Shown: positions 25,101-30,058 of the stretch, piece by piece
Numbering within the stretch: position 1 is the first letter of the stretch
How the letters are laid out: each line of letters starts with the position of its first letter
Source of the DNA: a virus
Lineage: Duplodnaviria; Caudoviricetes
IMG/VR virus record: IMGVR_UViG_3300049485_000020
Span: 1-30,058 of that record
DNA length: 30,058 nucleotides
Direction: 5' to 3' (one strand)
Notes under the pieces: model-generated
What the model was told of the DNA's origin: nothing
What the model saw: only the letters and a program-made list of their open reading frames with translations
The model's database searches: none
Made by a program: the position numbers and the translations under genes

Positions 25101-26368
25101 AGAACAACAGTGTGACCAATCGTAGCTCTTATGATGAAACACCCATTGGACAAGGCAATATTATCACACGAGGTATTTCTAAAACTGTATCCTTAGTGGA
25201 TACATTTACTCGTGGTATGGCTTATATGAGCTATGTGCAGCATTTACAAGACAGTGGGAAATTTACCAAGGAAACTTGGGGAGACATGTTTAAGCTCGCA
25301 GAAGACTACACCAATGCTTCTATGGGTGATGCTCGTCAAACAGAGAAAGCACCCATCTTTGCTAAGGCAGGGAATGTCGGCAGTGCGTTTAACACGCTGC
25401 AAACTTTCAATGTCAACTGGTTTAATCAGTGGTCCTATTTTAGTCGTGAGCTTGCTCGCGGCAATCCACGTCCGTTCTTTATGGGATTGGTGATACAAGG
25501 GCTTGTTGCTGGTGCTGCTGGACTACCATTTATTAACGATCTTGACAAAGCATGGGAGTTTGTAAAAGCAAACATGATGCCTACCAAGATGTGGAATGAG
25601 GTGAAAGATTGGTCGATTAAGGGAACGATGTTGTCCATGTTCGGACCTAACAACCTATCTACGGGTGAAACATTGACCTATGGTGCTTTGAGTACATCTA
25701 CGGGCATAGGGTTTAATAGCCGCTTGAATGCACCAAGTATCATAGATGCTCCACAGATCCCTGGTGGTATGTTAGTTGACATTACCCGTCAGCTCACAAG
25801 TATTGCCTCAGCAACTGCTGGTGTTGATGATCCTGTTAAATGGAGTCAGGCTGCTTTAGATGTTACACCGCCCGGGTTGAAAGAGTTTGTGGCTCAAAAC
25901 TTGTTAGCGCAATATACACAAGCTAAACGACCTAACGGAGATACCTTGCCATTTGCTCGTAAAGACCTTGCTAAGAGGGAAGCAACCACTGTGAGAGAGC
26001 CTTTCGACCAGAAGGTAGCTAACATGGGCATGAAGTCTCAGAAGGAAGTTGTACAGAACGACTTGTTGTGGAATTTGAAACAGCAGGAAGCTGTTGCTAA
26101 AGACAGACAGAAAGCCTTACTTGAAAAGATGTACAGCGATGTTCGCAATGGGAAGGAAATAACCGACAAGATTGTTCTATACCAAGAGATTGGAGGCAAC
26201 CCTGACAATCTAGAGGAACTGTTTCAGAAGCAGGCTAAGGATGAGTTTATGTCCCGTGTTGAGCGTAAACAAGCAGATCCAAAGAGCACTGTTAAGACAA
26301 TGCTGATGCTTAAAAAACTGAAGGACCTAGAAGATGAAAGAAAATCTAAACAAACTGCTACGCCTTGA
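22160..26368 (+). CDS. Large internal virion/ejection protein (1402 aa) with an embedded GNAT-like domain
   Basis: Last large gene of the structural operon; WEDA N-terminal repeats; IDMVKVDDSVKGTGVGRALYE resembles GNAT motif A. Confidence 0.7.
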   Translation: MSDSWEDATNNQWEDAQGWETAGPKTTLWEDAKIGLATAGGVLDKYMTGGHLMAANMVGADDLGDKLYAASKERTQAMQQWANPENKEQGFSGKVISAIPGIVTFPFSPADTGQTMIDNGETLDKAISGALYDTTGNVVGAAIPMGKGASTLLKGVPASMAKKAVVQRLATGVAGAGVNAAQDFATRLAISAEADQQATKDIFKPTLETTGLAMVPGFTLGVMAKPNYRPKSTADRLNNLKLIAEAEKVKQADVAPVREPIANEMQRELPFVSDAETIAKVQNEASPQRDLFIDTPEQRSLDLTAKEQPDVTTKPQDNNVDVTVQRDVNPDVIANKAEVETSSPKVEVRKTDTGFEAYIDGKKVGYLKDNLLEGQAKQIGENANIDMVKVDDSVKGTGVGRALYEAFYNKHEGMVAPSGKTTPDAWKQWQRNYPEKVTEFVQQEAIRIQEGASRELVLGNITDPVVRTRVAVAAGEKFVPKGQRGGLNFKEIADGFAKLLEPLRTRDVTQVSQEQVLNNIIQREKSTSIQPDPLASSVVAKALEGPTGGANRQFSAGATLEALKRNSPLIKGVGEIVQNFGKRSEKWVREHVFPVEREFRKMSDNDLVEIHATIKQELDSNFRYTPDHLAQAGFNEKQIRSHQAIRELFDQILTKQNEGRAAQGKEPITGMEAYHAARWDGDFGVELKNAAGEVVWKVRADTRLGADLQAKALMKKVDGLTLGRKFDRLNARGVETNDLQSAYTTLIDILGRDNPLVKQIQEVVEADASTTANAALANTQHFKKKTGMRGYVGDRPWVNPVKDAKQFFQQQIQYAKNASKWAEIQKAMPNLKEILSNEQLVAKHPQQVKWAQEYVQNALGFGENRAVRMVESELGKVFGVSPKAVGDAIGGVKYVWITQKLMGSIGYNAVQVIQLTNTAAWHSDLSAKGYSHNPISTGIMGLIGGLQLGAVHTIDGVRGTLDTGKMAMLPAHMKAALEYAENNSVTNRSSYDETPIGQGNIITRGISKTVSLVDTFTRGMAYMSYVQHLQDSGKFTKETWGDMFKLAEDYTNASMGDARQTEKAPIFAKAGNVGSAFNTLQTFNVNWFNQWSYFSRELARGNPRPFFMGLVIQGLVAGAAGLPFINDLDKAWEFVKANMMPTKMWNEVKDWSIKGTMLSMFGPNNLSTGETLTYGALSTSTGIGFNSRLNAPSIIDAPQIPGGMLVDITRQLTSIASATAGVDDPVKWSQAALDVTPPGLKEFVAQNLLAQYTQAKRPNGDTLPFARKDLAKREATTVREPFDQKVANMGMKSQKEVVQNDLLWNLKQQEAVAKDRQKALLEKMYSDVRNGKEITDKIVLYQEIGGNPDNLEELFQKQAKDEFMSRVERKQADPKSTVKTMLMLKKLKDLEDERKSKQTATP

Positions 26369-26771
26369 AGAAAGTGTCGAGAGGAGTGCCTACCAAGACT
26401 CTAAGGGCTACTGGACAATTGGAGTTGGCCGGCTCATTGACAAACGTAAGGGAGGCGGTCTTTCACCAGATGAAATCTCTTACCTGTTGAACAACGATAT
26501 CAATGAGAAGAGTACATTGTTGTTTGATGCTATCCCATGGATTGTAGAGATGCCTGAGCCTGTGCAGGGTGCCTTAGTAAGTATGGCATTCCAAATGGGT
26601 GTTGATGGGCTACTAGGGTTTAAAACAACCTTAGGGCTACTCAAAGAGAGGAAGTTTGAAGAGGCCGCTACTCAAATGCTAAAGAGCAAGTGGGCTAAGG
26701 TAGATTCACCCAACAGAGCTAAGCGCGTAGCCGAACAGGTACGTACACAGAGTTGGGTCTTTCCTAAGTAA
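26334..26771 (+). CDS. Endolysin, T4-lysozyme-like (GH24)
   Basis: E-x8-D-x5-T triad (ESVERSAYQDSKGYWT), TIGVG, MAFQMG, SKWA..SPNRAKR. Confidence 0.9.
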   Translation: MKENLNKLLRLEESVERSAYQDSKGYWTIGVGRLIDKRKGGGLSPDEISYLLNNDINEKSTLLFDAIPWIVEMPEPVQGALVSMAFQMGVDGLLGFKTTLGLLKERKFEEAATQMLKSKWAKVDSPNRAKRVAEQVRTQSWVFPK

Positions 26772-26846
26772 AATCTTATCTAAAAATATTTAGAGAATGT
26801 TTCAAATACTATACATTTGTTGATATTTGTAGACAATTAGAAACAC

Positions 26847-26885
26847 AAAAGCCCCCTTGGATTGCTCCTTGGGGGCTTTATTTTT
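26847..26885. terminator. Bidirectional intrinsic terminator between convergent operons
   Basis: AAAA-GCCCCC-TT-GGA-TTGC-TCC-TT-GGGGGC-TTTATTTTT. Confidence 0.85.
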
Positions 26886-26941
26886 ATCCTTACACTTATG
26901 TGGAATTATCCTTTTCAGGATAAAAGAGGATAAAATTCCTC

Positions 26942-27139
26942 TTACTCTTGTGGATTCTTTTCTTCCTCTTCAAAAGCCTCTGGATCATAGGACAAGATGT
27001 TTACAGACAAAATACCAAGTTGAATGGTAAAGCCCCATTTGAGACCACATTCCTCACATTGCTCCTTGTCTGCAATGAGAAAGCCTACAATGAAGCCAAG
27101 GTTAAAACCAATATCAAGATTCAAAGAAAATGTACTCAT
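26942..27139 (-). CDS. Small hydrophobic hypothetical protein (65 aa)
   Basis: AGGA SD before ATG 27139, directly downstream of the RNR stop. Confidence 0.6.
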   Translation of the reverse strand: MSTFSLNLDIGFNLGFIVGFLIADKEQCEECGLKWGFTIQLGILSVNILSYDPEAFEEEEKNPQE

Positions 27140-27150
27140 TTTGTTTCCTA

Positions 27151-29766
27151 TTATGCACCACAAGTGCCACCTTTACCTGTAATAGAGCAAATATCCACTT
27201 CGTCAAATATTACGTCTTTGTTCTGGAGAGCTTCTTCGTAAGGAACAGAAGTTAGTGGTTGACCTCCTCTACTTCCATCTGGATAGCATGTAAATCCTCT
27301 GAGTCTAGGAGCATACTTAGCAAGAGTCTCTGCAAAACTCTGCACTTTTGTTTCGTTGTTGTCTTCTGATCCCCAAGCGGGGAGATTAATAGTGGAACTG
27401 ATTGACATATCAACGTAATCTTGTATATCTGCCTGGAAGGCAATTCGCTGCTCATACTTTGTACTCAAATCCAATGCCGACTCAATTGAACTAGGGTCCA
27501 CACCGTACTTACTGATAAGGCCACTAGCAGTGCCGTCCACAACATATTGGTACTTCCACTTAGTACCTTCTGTAAGGAACCTACGTTTGTACGCCACTGC
27601 AAAAAGAGGCTCAATTCCAGTAGTAGTACCAGCAAGGATACCAATACTTCCCGTAGGAGCGATGGCACGATAGGCAACAGGATGACTAAGGAAGAAACGA
27701 TCACAATGTTCGTCCGCGGCTCGTTTACTTTCGTCACGATATACTTTAAGCCATTCATGAAGCGTTTCATTTACTTGATAGGGGAGTTTTCTTTGAAGGA
27801 GCCATTCATGAATTCCCATGAGTCCAAGACCGAGCCTCCGATTTTTCTCACGAACCTTGTATACTTTTGTGTAGGGTAGGTCAGCACGGAGAGTTCCACA
27901 GACGAGGAACTTTGAAGCGAGCGATACAACGCTCTGAAACTCCTCCAAACTCTTAATGTTACCCATGTTAATAGAACCAAGATTGCATACGTCTGAGTCA
28001 TCTTCAGATGTAACTTCTGTACAATTTCCCGTAACGATCCCATTAAATGTTCCTGTTCCATTTTTAGCATCCGTAAAACAGAAGGTCTCCACAGCATTTT
28101 GGGCTGATTCAACTGAGACCACCGTGACAAACCTTCGTGCGTCCCGTTGTGGTTTATCGCCATGTAGTACTGCCCGGTGACAGCACAGGCCCTGTTGAAT
28201 AAGGCTGTAAGTGTCTGTATTACCAATTAGCAGTCGATGAGTTTCCTTACAATAGTACTCAGCACTACCACCCTTACCATCAGGCATTTCACGGAGACCT
28301 TCATCGTCACCTGATACCACCTTGGCACGACAACCTAGTTGAGTAAGCATCAGACGTACATCTAACAAAAACTTCCTATTTGTGGAACAAATTTGAATAC
28401 CATTTCCGTTAATGTCACGTGTCACCGTTCCATCAGAATCAATCAGACCTGCAAGCCACTCTAAACAATAAGTCTGATATTTACCTATAGGCACATAGTC
28501 CTTAGGCAGCATTTGTCCGTGTGTCCAGACATACCTATTTGTTTTTTCATTAAAACTTGATACCTTCCCTTTTAGGAAGGGAATTACACTTTCCTTTGGC
28601 TTGTAAATCCAGGAGTGATTGAGGCCTGTGTTGCCATCACCAGAGTAAAACCCCTGACTGTATCCACTAACTCCTACATTAACACAGTAGTCTGGTGATT
28701 TAATAATTGGCATTTCAAACTTAGCAAGGAGGTTACCTACCTGTAAATCTCGTGCCTCAACACGAGAACCATCCGCTAAACACCATTTGTGATAAGGAGT
28801 GCATTCTAGGGAGGTACCATCAGATAAAGATACCAGTACTGTGGAATTAATACCTGTGCTGAATGGAACTACATCGCTCCACTCTATTCCATTCCAAATC
28901 GTTGTAATTTGTCCAACACGATCCTGAATTTGTTTGTAACCACTAGACGTAAGGATGGGTGTTTCCCCTGGAACACATGCGTTACGAAGCGTTTCATTTT
29001 GCTTACTACCAAAGTTAAAGCTAAAACCAGGCTCACCTGTCATAAGAGCTTGTCGACAGTTCTCTAGGAATACGGGGTTATTCTCATTGAAGTTCCATGC
29101 ATCATCGTAGTTTACACTAATGTTTGTCATGTCCAATGGGGCAGCAAAGTTGAAATCTTGCTGCTTAATGTCATGGGCTGTTAAACCACTGGTACCAATA
29201 GGTTGATGCTTCCAGTCCTTGACGTGTAGGAAGGCCTTAATATCCTCATGCTGCCAATTGAGAGAAGCATAAATAGCAGATCGGCGTGAGCCACCTTGCA
29301 TTACGTTACGGCCAATCTCATTGATAGCAGACATCAAAGGTACGGGACCAGATGCTGTACCCCCCGTCCGGCCAAGTGCTTTGCCTGCAGGACGAAGGCG
29401 GCTATAATCAATACCAATACCACCACCCGTCATCAAACAAGACATTGCCCTCCAGGTAACAGCACTCCACTCCTCCCTTGTGTCTTCCTCTGCGCGAAGC
29501 AAATAGCAGTTGTTATATGCCTTATACTCCCGACCAGCATAATACAGATAACGTCCACCAGGGATAAATTTCATTTCCTTGATGTATTCAACAAGCTGTT
29601 TACGCTCATTGTCTGACATAAGCTTGGGCTGTGTTCCCCACCTAGTACCACAAACATCTTCTACAAGGCGCTCAGCAAGTTTATCCCAAGTGTCTCCAGG
29701 TCCTTGTGCATATTTAAACCTAAAGATGTTCTCGCCAAAACTGTTCTTAAACCGAGATGTTTCTAT
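27151..29766 (-). CDS. nrdJ: Class II (adenosylcobalamin-dependent) ribonucleotide reductase precursor with intein
   Basis: FIPGGR, NCY, GGGIG, GGSRRSA, N-A-C-T-E (split by the intein), CNLGS, AIAPTGS, C-terminal Cys pair; frame is open 49 codons upstream of the track start, to ATA 29766. Confidence 0.88.
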   Translation of the reverse strand: METSRFKNSFGENIFRFKYAQGPGDTWDKLAERLVEDVCGTRWGTQPKLMSDNERKQLVEYIKEMKFIPGGRYLYYAGREYKAYNNCYLLRAEEDTREEWSAVTWRAMSCLMTGGGIGIDYSRLRPAGKALGRTGGTASGPVPLMSAINEIGRNVMQGGSRRSAIYASLNWQHEDIKAFLHVKDWKHQPIGTSGLTAHDIKQQDFNFAAPLDMTNISVNYDDAWNFNENNPVFLENCRQALMTGEPGFSFNFGSKQNETLRNACVPGETPILTSSGYKQIQDRVGQITTIWNGIEWSDVVPFSTGINSTVLVSLSDGTSLECTPYHKWCLADGSRVEARDLQVGNLLAKFEMPIIKSPDYCVNVGVSGYSQGFYSGDGNTGLNHSWIYKPKESVIPFLKGKVSSFNEKTNRYVWTHGQMLPKDYVPIGKYQTYCLEWLAGLIDSDGTVTRDINGNGIQICSTNRKFLLDVRLMLTQLGCRAKVVSGDDEGLREMPDGKGGSAEYYCKETHRLLIGNTDTYSLIQQGLCCHRAVLHGDKPQRDARRFVTVVSVESAQNAVETFCFTDAKNGTGTFNGIVTGNCTEVTSEDDSDVCNLGSINMGNIKSLEEFQSVVSLASKFLVCGTLRADLPYTKVYKVREKNRRLGLGLMGIHEWLLQRKLPYQVNETLHEWLKVYRDESKRAADEHCDRFFLSHPVAYRAIAPTGSIGILAGTTTGIEPLFAVAYKRRFLTEGTKWKYQYVVDGTASGLISKYGVDPSSIESALDLSTKYEQRIAFQADIQDYVDMSISSTINLPAWGSEDNNETKVQSFAETLAKYAPRLRGFTCYPDGSRGGQPLTSVPYEEALQNKDVIFDEVDICSITGKGGTCGA
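28024..28977 (-). mobile_element. Intein (318 aa) with LAGLIDADG homing endonuclease
   Basis: LRNA|CVPGETPIL...LECTPYHKW...GFYSGDG...WLAGLIDSDG...FNGIVTGN|CTEV; removal restores NACTE. Confidence 0.95.
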
Positions 29767-29951
29767 TTTTGCTCTCCTCTATTTTTCATGTAGCATACAG
29801 TGCAAACACCACGTGCTTTCTTAGTAATCCAATTATTGCAAATGGGGCATTTGTTTCTCTGACTCACTGCTGTGTTCGTCCCCTGTTGTTTCTTCAAATC
29901 CTCCAACATCCGTATGTTTTCGGGTGTACTCTCTAATGGTTTTATTGGCAT
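29763..29951 (-). CDS. Small zinc-ribbon protein (CPIC...CTVC)
   Basis: Two CxxC motifs; TAG overlaps the proposed RNR ATA start; extensive overlap with the next ORF lowers certainty. Confidence 0.5.
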   Translation of the reverse strand: MPIKPLESTPENIRMLEDLKKQQGTNTAVSQRNKCPICNNWITKKARGVCTVCYMKNRGEQK

Positions 29952-30015
29952 CTTTTGTTTCTTGAATACGCTGTCGGTATTTTTTCTTTTGTTTTTCTTT
30001 CTCGTGCTCAGTCAA
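29833..30015 (-). CDS. Small charged hypothetical protein (MTEHEKEKQKKKYRQR...)
   Basis: GGAGG SD, TTG 30015 overlapping the stop of an upstream partial ORF (...EYIEEHQDMLEEAVFD*). Confidence 0.5.
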   Translation of the reverse strand: MTEHEKEKQKKKYRQRIQETKDANKTIREYTRKHTDVGGFEETTGDEHSSESEKQMPHLQ

Positions 30016-30058
30016 AAACAGCCTCCTCCAGCATGTCTTGATGCTCCTCAATATATTC

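Noticed and set aside
3076-29766. Stop-codon recoding, tRNA genes, integrase or defence systems
   Set aside because: Long genes are intact in the standard code and no such features were recognisable by eye; the short antisense and alternate-frame ORFs inside large genes are shadows.

Overview
30 kb of a tailed dsDNA phage genome, most likely a podovirus of a proteobacterial host (inferred from a P22-like adaptor/hub, tailspike and ejection-type proteins, and no tape measure or tube gene). (i) 1-2109, minus strand: a dense cluster of tiny, probably early genes, most missed by the ORF track, including a pentapeptide-repeat gene and a chimeric second copy formed by a cassette insertion into a duplicated microgene. 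(ii) About 2110-3075: a non-coding divergent control region with a sigma54-like promoter, three TGAC-N7-GTCA palindromes, IHF-like and Fur-like sites and a near-consensus sigma70 promoter. (iii) 3076-26771, plus strand: packaging, head, tail, ejection and lysis genes (terS, HNH, holin, terL, portal, GroES, scaffold, major capsid, adaptor, hub, tailspike, internal proteins, lysozyme). (iv) A bidirectional terminator, then a minus-strand class II ribonucleotide reductase carrying a LAGLIDADG intein. The main hidden feature is that the major capsid gene is split after 38 nt by a 795-nt group I intron (10488-11282) encoding a GIY-YIG endonuclease. The endonuclease's SD and AUG are paired in a 13-bp long-range intron helix and its reading frame runs through the ribozyme core, suggesting a splice-or-translate switch. 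Two genes appear to use non-canonical starts (ATT, ATA) behind near-identical AGGAGA..GCAAA leaders. All family calls come from motif recognition by eye; no searches were run.
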